Part shown: positions 28,459-37,891 of the stretch, one piece after another
Layout of the letters: every line of letters starts with the position of its first letter
Position numbering within the stretch: position 1 is the stretch's first letter
From: Candidatus Freyarchaeum deiterrae
GTDB lineage: Archaea > Asgardarchaeota > Jordiarchaeia > Jordiarchaeales > Jordiarchaeaceae
Direction: 5' to 3'
DNA: 64,000 nucleotides
NCBI GenBank assembly: GCA_037305845.1
Contig: CP147778.1
Coordinates: forward strand, 800,001 to 864,000
Position numbers and translations under genes: made by a program
Notes under the pieces: generated by a model
Told to the model about the DNA's origin: nothing
Database searches by the model: none
The model's input: only the letters and a program-made list of their open reading frames with translations

Positions 28459-29526
28459 GTGACTTCAATGTCAAAAATTAAAGTTGCAGTTTTAGGAGTA
28501 GGTGACTGTTGCTCCTCGCTGGTTCAGGGAGTCAGCTCCTACAATAACGGAGACTTCGTGGGAATAAAGTTTAATGATTTCGGAGGATACAAACCGAGTG
28601 ATATACAGTTTACCGCAGCTTTTGATATAGATTCCCTAAAAGTAGGAAAGGAATTATCCGAGGCAATTTTTGCAAAGACAAATCGCTATGAAAAAGTTAA
28701 TGGTGTCGAGCCTCTAGGCGTGACCGTTCAAAAGGGAGAAGTAATGGACGGACTCGGAGAATTCCTTCAAAACCAAATTAAGGTAGATAAAAAACCAAGT
28801 GTAAATGTAAGCGAAGAATTGAAAAAAAGCAAAACAGAGATAGTGATAAACTTTGTACCCACAGGTGCGGTACAAGCGTCAAAATGGTACGCAGAGCAGG
28901 CGCTCAAGGCGGGATGTGCCTTCATTAATGCAACTCCTACAGAAATTGCAAGTAGCAAAGATTGGGCTGCTCGATTCGAAAAGGCTAAACTCCCTCTTGT
29001 TGGTGACGATATTATGAACCAAATCGGTGCCACGATTCTGCACAAAACGTTACTAGAATTCTTGGTTGAAAGAGGAGTAAAAATAGACGAAACTTACCAA
29101 CTTGATATTGGAGGCGGCACCGAATCCTTAGTTACGCTTGAAAAGGCGAGAGGCGACATAAAGAGAGAAGTGAAAAGAAGAGCACTCCAAGCATCTATAC
29201 CCTACGAAGTGCCGATCACAGCGGGAACCACCGACTATGTAGATTTCATGAAAAACACGCGAGACTCCTACTTCTGGATAAGTGGGAGATACTTTAATAA
29301 TACACCTGTGAAAATCGACATCACACTCAGAACAGTTGATGCGCCTAACTCATCATCAATACTAATGGATGCAATAAGAGGAGTTAAAATAGCACTTGAC
29401 AGAAAGGTTTACGGAACCATTGACACGCTCTGCGCGTACGGGTTTAAAAAGCCCCCAAAATTCTTCTCGCCAACTGAAACAGAACAAATGATAAACGAGT
29501 ACATAGAAGGAAAAAGAAACAGGTAG
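28459..29526 (+). CDS. ino1: myo-inositol-1-phosphate synthase family
   Basis: GVGDCCSSLVQG, GCAFINATP, GDDI..QIGAT, DAPNS. Confidence 0.88.
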   Translation: MTSMSKIKVAVLGVGDCCSSLVQGVSSYNNGDFVGIKFNDFGGYKPSDIQFTAAFDIDSLKVGKELSEAIFAKTNRYEKVNGVEPLGVTVQKGEVMDGLGEFLQNQIKVDKKPSVNVSEELKKSKTEIVINFVPTGAVQASKWYAEQALKAGCAFINATPTEIASSKDWAARFEKAKLPLVGDDIMNQIGATILHKTLLEFLVERGVKIDETYQLDIGGGTESLVTLEKARGDIKREVKRRALQASIPYEVPITAGTTDYVDFMKNTRDSYFWISGRYFNNTPVKIDITLRTVDAPNSSSILMDAIRGVKIALDRKVYGTIDTLCAYGFKKPPKFFSPTETEQMINEYIEGKRNR

Positions 29527-29612
29527 TCAGTTGAACAATAATTTTCTACCAAACTTTAATTTTTAATTAATGTTACGCTATTTTTTCCAAGGCGCTTCAA
29601 AAAACCAAGGAA

Positions 29613-30572
29613 CTAAAAGATGATACCTTTAGGAAAATTTAAAATAAGTGTAATCAGCAATAGGGATATTCCCCATGCGATTAGAATAATCGGCTGAACC
29701 TTAAGTTGATATAAATAGATTTTGTATACCGAAAACCAAGGCATGTAAACGATGATATTTACTGCTTGAATGGCAACTAGGAGGAGGACTATTCTCAAAT
29801 CTATTGCTAGATACCACCCAAAGTAAATTGTTCCAATCGTTCCTAAAATAGCAAATGTTAGGAAGAAGTATCGGCCTCTTTGCCATGATTTAAGTGAGAC
29901 TGCTGTGGTTTTAATTCCCAAGTCTCTATCAACAAAATAGTCTCCTAGCAAGTTTTGCATTTGAAACAGGCAGGATACCACGAAAAATCCGACAGCAAAG
30001 AAGTAAGCGGTTTCGTTTAACGCTCCCCCGTAGGCTGTTGTTCCGATTAGAATCAGTAGTGAACCTAAGAATAGTCCGTGAGATATTACGTCAATTCCGG
30101 GTCTCTTCTTTAATCTGAAAGGTGGAACCGAATAAAGGAAACCTAGTACTGCACAGGTGGTTGAGAACAAAAATCCAAAAAGTCCGCCCATATAGGAAAA
30201 GAAAGCCACTGCAGCCATGGCTATTATAACACTGAATAGGACCGCCTCTTTTTTGGTGATGAGCCCTCGCGCCACAAGATTGCTGGTCTTGCCCGCGTTT
30301 ACGTCTTCCTGCACATCAAACGCGTTGTTTATGGAAAAAAATGAGCCGGTTAGGAAAAAGGCGAAGACAGCAAGAGGAAACATCTGTAATAAGGCGTTAA
30401 ATGTCAGCTGGAATATGTCATTGAACTTTCCAGGATTGAATGTAGTTGCCCAGCCTATGATTACCAAACTGGTCCAACCCGCAATGTTTCTTACTCGGCA
30501 GTTCAAAAACAGATTCTTAATCTTAGTTAACTTTGAAGTGCTAGGCATACTCATAGTGCTAGGCATACTCAT
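29613..30572 (-). CDS. UbiA-family prenyltransferase
   Basis: NNAFDVQED, YSVPPFRLK, DYFVDRDLGIKT; multiple TM segments. Confidence 0.88.
   Translation of the reverse strand: MSMPSTMSMPSTSKLTKIKNLFLNCRVRNIAGWTSLVIIGWATTFNPGKFNDIFQLTFNALLQMFPLAVFAFFLTGSFFSINNAFDVQEDVNAGKTSNLVARGLITKKEAVLFSVIIAMAAVAFFSYMGGLFGFLFSTTCAVLGFLYSVPPFRLKKRPGIDVISHGLFLGSLLILIGTTAYGGALNETAYFFAVGFFVVSCLFQMQNLLGDYFVDRDLGIKTTAVSLKSWQRGRYFFLTFAILGTIGTIYFGWYLAIDLRIVLLLVAIQAVNIIVYMPWFSVYKIYLYQLKVQPIILIAWGISLLLITLILNFPKGIIF
30537..30572 (-). repeat. Exact 18-bp tandem duplication of the start region (MSMPST x2)
   Basis: agtgctaggcatactcat twice on the + strand. Confidence 0.9.
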
Positions 30573-30811
30573 TCACCAATAATCAGGGGGGGGAGGTTTT
30601 TTCAATAATAATCTTGGAAAGATTGAGCTTTCTCTTATAAAAAGCTTTCATAACAGTAGATTCATAGCAACTTAATATAACTAACCGTCAGTTAATTAGA
30701 GGAAGTACTTAATATAGATTTTTATATAATAGTAGATATATGATTATATACTTAACCTAAATGGAAAATTAATATTAATAAAAAGGGTCATATATTTTTA
30801 AATTATAATAC

Positions 30812-31036
30812 TTAAATTTGTAACTCGTAAAGGGTTTGGAGTTCTTCGGATATTTTCAAAGATCGCGTGATAATCTGTGTGTCTTCTATTTCTGTTTCAA
30901 GCATTTCTGTAATCTTTTTGAGTCCCTCGGCTAATAGTATTGCTCTATCATACCATTCCTTTTCTAAAGCGAATTTCAGGCTTTCCGCCATACTGACTAT
31001 TGAATTTGCCTCACTTAACAGGGTACCACCCCACAA
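30812..31036 (-). CDS. Small helical hypothetical protein
   Basis: Amphipathic helical 74-aa ORF with a TATA-like element upstream. Confidence 0.45.
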   Translation of the reverse strand: MWGGTLLSEANSIVSMAESLKFALEKEWYDRAILLAEGLKKITEMLETEIEDTQIITRSLKISEELQTLYELQI

Positions 31037-31208
31037 GCATTCTTTATTTCATCATACGCAATGGAGTATATAAGCTTTTTTGTTGTTGCACTACATAATT
31101 ATCGAACGACTGACTATGAAACAGAGAACTCTATTAGTGTAACATCCTCGTCTCACACACTTTTTTTAGTAAAATCATTTCTAAAAATCAAAGGAAAGGT
31201 GGGAAAAC

Positions 31209-31754
31209 TTGTTTATATCCAAGAAAGGTAAAGCGCCAAAAGGAAATTATTGGGATAAAAAAGAAAATACCGAAAATATGACCAAAATCCTGTTTGAGGA
31301 AGTCTCCAGTCTCGACCGCCGTTTCAAAATTTTGGAACAGCAAGTGAAAACAATAATGCAGGATTTATACGGTTTTAGGAGAATTACCCCTGACGATTCA
31401 CAGGGAAAAATAAATCCAATCCAAGAATCGACCTCCGAAGCTAAAAGTAAAAACGAAGATTCTCCATTCTCTCTTCTCCTCGAAAAATTCTCTCAACCCG
31501 TTTCAGCTCCGTCAAATCCTTCCTCAAAAAACTTATTTTCTCCACCTTTGTCCCCTCCCTCAGAAAAGGATATGGATACGCCCCTCTCCAAACGCTTTGC
31601 CTTCTCCCCTTCCGAATCCGCACATCCTCCAAATTCGCCCACCTTTCCTAGCCCCTCTCAAAATAAAGAAAAAGAAGAAGAGCCGGTACAAAAGGAAACA
31701 ATATCCCGCATGATACCTAGAGTAAAACTTGCAATCAAAACTCGTACCGATTGA
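31209..31754 (+). CDS. Coiled-coil plus Pro/Ser-rich disordered protein
   Basis: LDRRFKILEQQV heptads, then SPPLSPPS and PPNSPTFPSPS. Confidence 0.6.
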   Translation: MFISKKGKAPKGNYWDKKENTENMTKILFEEVSSLDRRFKILEQQVKTIMQDLYGFRRITPDDSQGKINPIQESTSEAKSKNEDSPFSLLLEKFSQPVSAPSNPSSKNLFSPPLSPPSEKDMDTPLSKRFAFSPSESAHPPNSPTFPSPSQNKEKEEEPVQKETISRMIPRVKLAIKTRTD

Positions 31755-32132
31755 AGCATAAGAACGATGGATAATAAAAGCCCCCCGGACGAATAAGAGT
31801 TACAGGTCTTATATGAAGATGTTTACCGGCCTAAAACTGGTTTTGAACTACGCTAGACTTTACAAAAATAAGATGTCTGCATTTTAAGAGTTGTATTTTG
31901 TCACTCTTCCTCTATGAATATGTTTTTAAACTCTTAATTCGAGATACTCTCTCAAATGAGGTAATCCTCTTAGAAGGATAAGAGCTCTCAAAGTCTCATG
32001 CGTAAAACTTCGTCGGATAGTTAAAGTCTCGCGGCATACTCCACTTGTTACGACCGTTGTACGCTTGTAGCTTGAGAGAAAGTCAAGTAAGTCTAATGAT
32101 GACAAATTTGTAGAGTATTCGGGGGTAATCTT

Positions 32133-32696
32133 ATGGCGTTAGATCCTTGGGTCGTTAGTGTGCTGGTTTCTCTGCTACTTCTGAGTATTGGTATAATCCT
32201 TATGATTCTTGAAGCTAAAATAGGGCATGGACTTTTAGCTGTTTGTGGAATTGGTTGCGTGATAATTGCTGTCGTTATACTTTTCCAACTACAGGTTCCA
32301 CTGGAATCACAAGCATACGCCTACTATGCAGATGCAATAAAGTACACAATTATTACAACATGTGTAGTGTTAGGCGTCTTTTTCGGGTACGTAGCATACA
32401 AGGGGTATCAGGTTAGAAAACTCAAGTCCAAGTTAGGCCCCCAATCATTAATAGGTAAAATCGGAATAGCCAAAACGGATATTGATCCTAAAGGGCAGGT
32501 AAACGTTGAAGGAGAACTGTGGAGTGCAGTTTGTAACCAGAAACCTTATGCTTATGAGGGAGAAGATGTCGAGATTATTGGTTATGATGGTTTGACGCTT
32601 CAAGTTCGACCAGCGACACTCAAGAGTGAGGAGAAAGAAACTGCGGAAGAAGAGGTAAATAAGCCATCAAAAAGTAAGAAAACAGCCAGGCTTTAG
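32133..32696 (+). CDS. NfeD-like membrane protein (TM + C-terminal OB domain)
   Basis: LIGKIGIAKTDIDPKGQVNVEGELWSA. Confidence 0.85.
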   Translation: MALDPWVVSVLVSLLLLSIGIILMILEAKIGHGLLAVCGIGCVIIAVVILFQLQVPLESQAYAYYADAIKYTIITTCVVLGVFFGYVAYKGYQVRKLKSKLGPQSLIGKIGIAKTDIDPKGQVNVEGELWSAVCNQKPYAYEGEDVEIIGYDGLTLQVRPATLKSEEKETAEEEVNKPSKSKKTARL

Positions 32697-32815
32697 AATC
32701 CTAAAAAATTATTTTTTTATTATTTTTCCCAACCAAGGAAAAACTATGGTGCATTATTAGCCGCAAGGGAGAGATAAGTAGAGATTTTATTCCTTTTTAC
32801 TTGTTTTTGGGTTTT

Positions 32816-33955
32816 TTATTTCATTATTGTTTTCAGGGTTCTTATGAATTTTTTATTGTTTTCAGGTGTTGATGTGGATACTCTGAAAAATTTTTCGTTT
32901 AAACCTCTTTGGTCTCCGCAGTTTCTGACGAGAATTTTGCTTTCTAACAGTTTTGCGATTATTTTTCCAGCATCCATGTTTTCTTTTGTGATTTCTATTA
33001 GTATGAAATTGGCTTCTGAGGAGTAGGGCTTTAGACCATTGATTTTTGAGATTTCTTCTATTAGGTATTCTCTCTCTTTTATGGTTTCTGATACCACTTT
33101 TTCAGCGTAGTCAATATTCTCTAGGGCTGTGATGGCTGCTTGCATTGAGATAGTGTTTACGGTGAAGTACAATTGGAGTTTGTGTAGTTGTCTTATGATT
33201 TCAGGGTTTGCGAGTCCGTATCCTATTCTCAAGCCAGCTAAGCCGAAGGCTTTGGAGAATGTTCTAAGCACTATTAGGTTTTCATATTTGGGAATCAAGG
33301 GAGCTACTGTTTTTTTGCAGTATTCAAAGTAGGCTTCGTCGATGACAACGATTGCGTCCTCATCTAGAATTCTTTTAATGCTTTCTTCTGGTGTAAGGTT
33401 GCCTATGGGGTTGTTTGGATTGACAATAATTATGAGCTTGGTTTTCGGAGAAACTCGTTCCGTGATTCTTTCTGGTTCTAATATGAAATCTGGTTTGTGC
33501 AGTTGTATGAAAACAGGTTTTCCACCATTTATATTCAAAATTTGTTCGTATTGTTCGAATGTGGGTTGAGGTAAGATAACTTCATCGTCAGGGTCTACAA
33601 ATGCGTTATAAATTAGCGGGATTATACCAAGCGATCCTTGCCCCACGATAATATTTTCCTGTTTGAGACCAACGTATTCAGAGATTTTCGTAGACAAGGC
33701 GTAATAGGTGGGATCAGGGTATCTGTTCACCAAGTGTAACGAATCTTTTACAGCCTCCAAAACTTTAGGAGAGGGCCCGTAAGGATTCTCGTTAGCGACC
33801 ATCCTTATTGTTTCTTCACTTGTCATAATGTCACTAATTATTTTTGAACTCAAAAACTGAGTTAAAATTTCATAATCAGATTTAACATCCAGCACATGAG
33901 GTTTAACAAATTTAGTAATATCCTTCACTATGAAACCACCTCCCGAAACTATCAT
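32816..33955 (-). CDS. hisC: Histidinol-phosphate aminotransferase (probable start GTG 33928)
   Basis: NENPYGPS, NPNNPIG, DEAY, RTFSKAFGLAGLRIGY. Confidence 0.88.
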   Translation of the reverse strand: MIVSGGGFIVKDITKFVKPHVLDVKSDYEILTQFLSSKIISDIMTSEETIRMVANENPYGPSPKVLEAVKDSLHLVNRYPDPTYYALSTKISEYVGLKQENIIVGQGSLGIIPLIYNAFVDPDDEVILPQPTFEQYEQILNINGGKPVFIQLHKPDFILEPERITERVSPKTKLIIIVNPNNPIGNLTPEESIKRILDEDAIVVIDEAYFEYCKKTVAPLIPKYENLIVLRTFSKAFGLAGLRIGYGLANPEIIRQLHKLQLYFTVNTISMQAAITALENIDYAEKVVSETIKEREYLIEEISKINGLKPYSSEANFILIEITKENMDAGKIIAKLLESKILVRNCGDQRGLNEKFFRVSTSTPENNKKFIRTLKTIMK

Positions 33956-34103
33956 TATGCTTTCCAGCTTCTTGATTAAAGAATTAAGTTATCAGTATCT
34001 ATTTTAATATAGCGGAATCATGAGAGTATATTAGAATGAAAGGGAGCAATCTAGAATTATTTTTAATACTTAAAAGCTAAAGATTTGGGATCGTGAGGAT
34101 TAA

Positions 34104-34874
34104 ATGAAAGTTAAGGTGCTTGGTTCTAGTTCTGGCTGGGCGTTTCCTAGACTCGGTTGCGGTTGCAAAATCTGTTCCTCCGCAAATGAGAGAGATAAAC
34201 GTTTGAGGCCCTCTATTTTGATTAATTATTCAATTTTGATTGATGCGGGACCAGATGTTTACCATCAATTTTTAAGATTTAAGATAACGAAGGTGGATTC
34301 GATTGTTCTGACTCACGGTCATCAGGATCATGTTTTCGGTTTGCATGATCTTGCTCCAAAAAAAGTCAAGGCTATGAAAGGTGTTACACTTTATGGATCA
34401 GAAAAAACTTGGGCGATTCTTAACCGACTTTTTCCGAACGCGGGCTTTAAGAAAGAAATCTTTGAGAATTATAAATCATTTGAAGTAGGCGGATTAAGAT
34501 TTACTCCAGTACCTGTAGTTCACTCGAAGAGTGCGCCTACCGTGGGATTTGTCATCGAAGACAAAAACAGCGTTCTATGCTACTTTCCAGATTTTAGAAG
34601 TTTTAGTAATGAAGAGGACAAAAAATATTTTGAGGGAGTAGATTGTTTATTCCTAGACGGCTCAGTGCTGAAGAACCCTTTCCCAGTCTGGACGAACAAG
34701 TGGGGACATATGAGCATCATGGATGGAATAAAGTTGGCGACTGAGTGCAGAGTGAAAAAAACAATATTTACTCACATTGGACACCGAACGATACCTCATG
34801 ATGATTTGAGCGAATTACTCAAAAAGAAGGGTGAATTTTTCCCAGCCTACGACGGCATGGAGTTAGAACTATAA
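34104..34874 (+). CDS. PhnP-like MBL phosphodiesterase
   Basis: GCGCKIC, LTHGHQDH, GHMS, THIGH. Confidence 0.85.
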   Translation: MKVKVLGSSSGWAFPRLGCGCKICSSANERDKRLRPSILINYSILIDAGPDVYHQFLRFKITKVDSIVLTHGHQDHVFGLHDLAPKKVKAMKGVTLYGSEKTWAILNRLFPNAGFKKEIFENYKSFEVGGLRFTPVPVVHSKSAPTVGFVIEDKNSVLCYFPDFRSFSNEEDKKYFEGVDCLFLDGSVLKNPFPVWTNKWGHMSIMDGIKLATECRVKKTIFTHIGHRTIPHDDLSELLKKKGEFFPAYDGMELEL

Positions 34875-34993
34875 AGAATGAATAAATGCGTTTATGCTCT
34901 AACACTTTACAAAACTGTTTGTTTGTTGTTCCTTCCGGTCAGTAATCAGGTTTCGTTCCTTGTACGTGCATTTTTGATCCGGTTTCGCGATTT

Positions 34994-35623
34994 TCATTTT
35001 CTCTCCATAAAAACATAGTTTGCTATGTGTGGGGCTGACTTGCCGCTAATTTCTATTGTTCTTAAATCGATTATGTTGAAATATGGTTCGAAAAGATTTC
35101 TTAATTCGTCTTCAGAGGAAAAGTACAGGATAGTACCCAGTGTAGTTTTTCTATATTTTCCTGAGCCACCAAATTGAGCATCATTCTCACTAAAACAAAC
35201 GGAGAGGTACTTCCCTCTCGGATTAAGTATTCTATTCACATTTTCAACATATTTACTTCTTTTCTCCGGGAATATATGATGTAACAGCTCCCAGTCATAG
35301 GCGAAGTCAAAAGTTCCCTTAACTTCATCCAAAACGCCAAGTACATCTGCGACAAGAAAATTACACTTAACCCTTTTCTTCCTTGCATTTTCTTTGGCGA
35401 TCTTTATAGCCGATGGAGAAATGTCAACTCCGGTAACATCAAATCCCGTACTGGCAAGATAAATAGCATAATTGCCTGCACCACAGCCCATATCAATAGT
35501 TTTGCAGGGTTTGACTTTCCCACTCTCAACCAGCCCAACTAGAGCATCGGGAGGAGTCTCATTGTTCCAAGGAATGTTCTCCAGAGATATATTTCTATAA
35601 ATTCTATCCAGTTCATCCTGCAC
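34994..35623 (-). CDS. SAM methyltransferase (TPMT/TehB-like)
   Basis: IPW, DMGCGAG, GVDISPSAI. Confidence 0.85.
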   Translation of the reverse strand: MQDELDRIYRNISLENIPWNNETPPDALVGLVESGKVKPCKTIDMGCGAGNYAIYLASTGFDVTGVDISPSAIKIAKENARKKRVKCNFLVADVLGVLDEVKGTFDFAYDWELLHHIFPEKRSKYVENVNRILNPRGKYLSVCFSENDAQFGGSGKYRKTTLGTILYFSSEDELRNLFEPYFNIIDLRTIEISGKSAPHIANYVFMERK

Positions 35624-35801
35624 AATAGCATCCTCCTTATATCATGTTTACTTTAACTGGAAAACGATTATAAGTTTATACCTTAAAGCTTGTAGTAAAT
35701 TCCTATATGTTTTTCAGACCTGACTTTTTAAATCCGCAGCATTGATTGCTATCAAAAACATCTGATGGGAATTATTTATAATACTAGTAAATTTTTGTTA
35801 G

Positions 35802-37106
35802 ATGATAGTATTAAAATTATTAATGTTGGTGACTTTTTTGAAATCGGTGAAAGTCGTTAAAGGAATAGAGGATAAACGGGAAGAAATGGTAAAACTTTGT
35901 TGTGATTTGATTGGCTTTAAGAGCGAGAATCCGCCAGCGAACGTTACGGACATATCCTGCTTTATTAGAGACTACTTTAAGGAAAGAGGGTTTAAGGTTA
36001 GTACCTATGAGCCTAGAAAGGGCAAAATAAGTGTGTCTGCCAGATTGGAGAAAGGGGAGGGAAAGAGGCTTTTATGGAACGGTCATGTAGACGTGGTTCC
36101 TGCGGGTAGGCGTGAGAACTGGTCGACTGATCCATTTGTGGGAGTGGTGAGTGAAGGGAAAATCTTTGGTAGGGGGGCTTCGGATATGAAGGCGGGTGTA
36201 GCAGCCGCCATGGTTACGGCGTCCCACCTAGCCGAGGCAGACGTAGATTTTAAAGGGAGTATCCAGATGGATTTTGTCCCCGATGAGGAAACAGGAGGAG
36301 ATCATGGAACAAAGTATCTGGTCGAGAGGGGAATAAGTGTTGGCGACGCTTGCATTGTCGGTGAAGGGACCTCTTCCAGAGCGTGGGGGGTTGCTGTGCG
36401 GATTGCGGAGAAGGGAATTCTTAAACTGAATGTGTCTGCACAGGGAAGGACTTCTCACGCTAGTTCTCCTTTCCTCGGAGATAACGCTATTGACAAGCTC
36501 ATCAGGGTGCTGTCGATGGTTAAGGAGCTGGAGAATAAAAAAATCGAGACACCACCCATTGTGCGCAAAATTATCGAGCAGAGCATGCCTTACTATGAGA
36601 AAATCTCCAAGAGTTTCGGTATCCCATCTGATAACTTCAAGCAACTGTTCAGCAAAATGACTGTTAATATTGGAATAATTAGGGGAGGGGTTAAGAGCAA
36701 CGTGGTTCCGGATTATGCCGAAGCAAAGGTGGACATCAGGCTGCTTCCGGGTCAGAACCCCGAGGAAGTGTTCTCCGAGATTGTAAAAAAAGTTACTGAT
36801 TCGGATATAAAAGGAATTGAGCTGAAAAAGGATGTTTCTTTACCCTCTTACGAGGATCCTGAAGGCTCATTCGTTTCTCTTGTTAAAAGATGCGTCTCAG
36901 AATTAACAGGAGTGAAAGAGGTGAACACTATTATTGGTTCAGGTGCCACCGACGCTCGATACATAAGAAGTTTAAGGGGTATACCCACGGTTATTCTGGG
37001 TCCCGGAAATGAGACCTCTCACTCCGCCAACGAGTACATTGAGATTGAAGACATGACTATGATATCAAAAATCTATACACTCATCGCCCTAGAGTTTCTC
37101 TCATGA
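35802..37106 (+). CDS. M20 ArgE/DapE-family deacylase
   Basis: NGHVDVVP, GRGASDMKAG, DEETGG, HSANE. Confidence 0.92.
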   Translation: MIVLKLLMLVTFLKSVKVVKGIEDKREEMVKLCCDLIGFKSENPPANVTDISCFIRDYFKERGFKVSTYEPRKGKISVSARLEKGEGKRLLWNGHVDVVPAGRRENWSTDPFVGVVSEGKIFGRGASDMKAGVAAAMVTASHLAEADVDFKGSIQMDFVPDEETGGDHGTKYLVERGISVGDACIVGEGTSSRAWGVAVRIAEKGILKLNVSAQGRTSHASSPFLGDNAIDKLIRVLSMVKELENKKIETPPIVRKIIEQSMPYYEKISKSFGIPSDNFKQLFSKMTVNIGIIRGGVKSNVVPDYAEAKVDIRLLPGQNPEEVFSEIVKKVTDSDIKGIELKKDVSLPSYEDPEGSFVSLVKRCVSELTGVKEVNTIIGSGATDARYIRSLRGIPTVILGPGNETSHSANEYIEIEDMTMISKIYTLIALEFLS

Positions 37107-37208
37107 CCGTTCAGGCTATGCACTAAAAAAATGAGAGGATTATTGTTTGTATTATTTATTTGTTTGTTTGTTTGTTTGAAATTTTTTGAGAGTTTACCTG
37201 GGGCATTC

Positions 37209-37862
37209 TCAATCTGCTTTGTGGAAATACTTGTATACGTCTAGTTCGAATTTGACGGATTCTTCTGGTAACGGTTTGGGCTTGCCAATGAGTAGACTGG
37301 TGACGTATATTTGTGCCATTCTTTCCAAAAACTCTGTTACGTTAAACGCTTCCTTTAGATCTTTACCGCAACATAGAGATCCATGGTTTGCTAAGAAAAC
37401 CGCGGTTCTGCTTCCCAACGCTTTTAAGGCGCTGTCCGCTAAATCTTGAGTGCCGGCCATTTTGTATTCAGCTACCTCTACCTGGCCTCCCAGTCTTATT
37501 GCCATTTCGTCTATCAGCATTGGTAGGGGCTTACTCACAACTCCCAGAATTGTTCCATAAACAGGGTGAGCGTGAATAACTGAGCCCACATCCTTTCTCG
37601 CATTGTAAACCGCGAGGTGCATGATCTTTTCTGTTGATGGAGCTAGTTTTCCTTCTAGTACGTCGCCCTTCAAGTTGACTAGAGGTATATCCTCCGGTTT
37701 TAATACTTGATATTCTATCATGCTGGGAGTGATTAGAACAGTGTTTTCCCCAGGAACTCGTACACTGAGGTTTCCAGATTTACCTACAACCAAGTTTCTT
37801 TCGGGCATAAGTTTTCCATACATGACTAATTCTTCTCTTAGCTTCTGCTTTACAGTGCTCAT
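37209..37862 (-). CDS. Class II aldolase (fuculose-phosphate aldolase-like)
   Basis: SGNLS, PSTEKIMH, HAHP, NHG; ATG at 37862. Confidence 0.88.
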   Translation of the reverse strand: MSTVKQKLREELVMYGKLMPERNLVVGKSGNLSVRVPGENTVLITPSMIEYQVLKPEDIPLVNLKGDVLEGKLAPSTEKIMHLAVYNARKDVGSVIHAHPVYGTILGVVSKPLPMLIDEMAIRLGGQVEVAEYKMAGTQDLADSALKALGSRTAVFLANHGSLCCGKDLKEAFNVTEFLERMAQIYVTSLLIGKPKPLPEESVKFELDVYKYFHKAD

Positions 37863-37891
37863 AAGTACACCACCTACACTGGAGTAATAAT

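Noticed and set aside
32044-32054. CTTGTTACGAC as an rRNA fragment or C/D guide
   Set aside because: Only 11 nt, with no flanking rRNA similarity and no adjacent D box; compatible with chance.
37143-37180. (TTTG)n tract
   Set aside because: Short low-complexity tract between convergent genes, probably terminator-like; no spacers, so not CRISPR.
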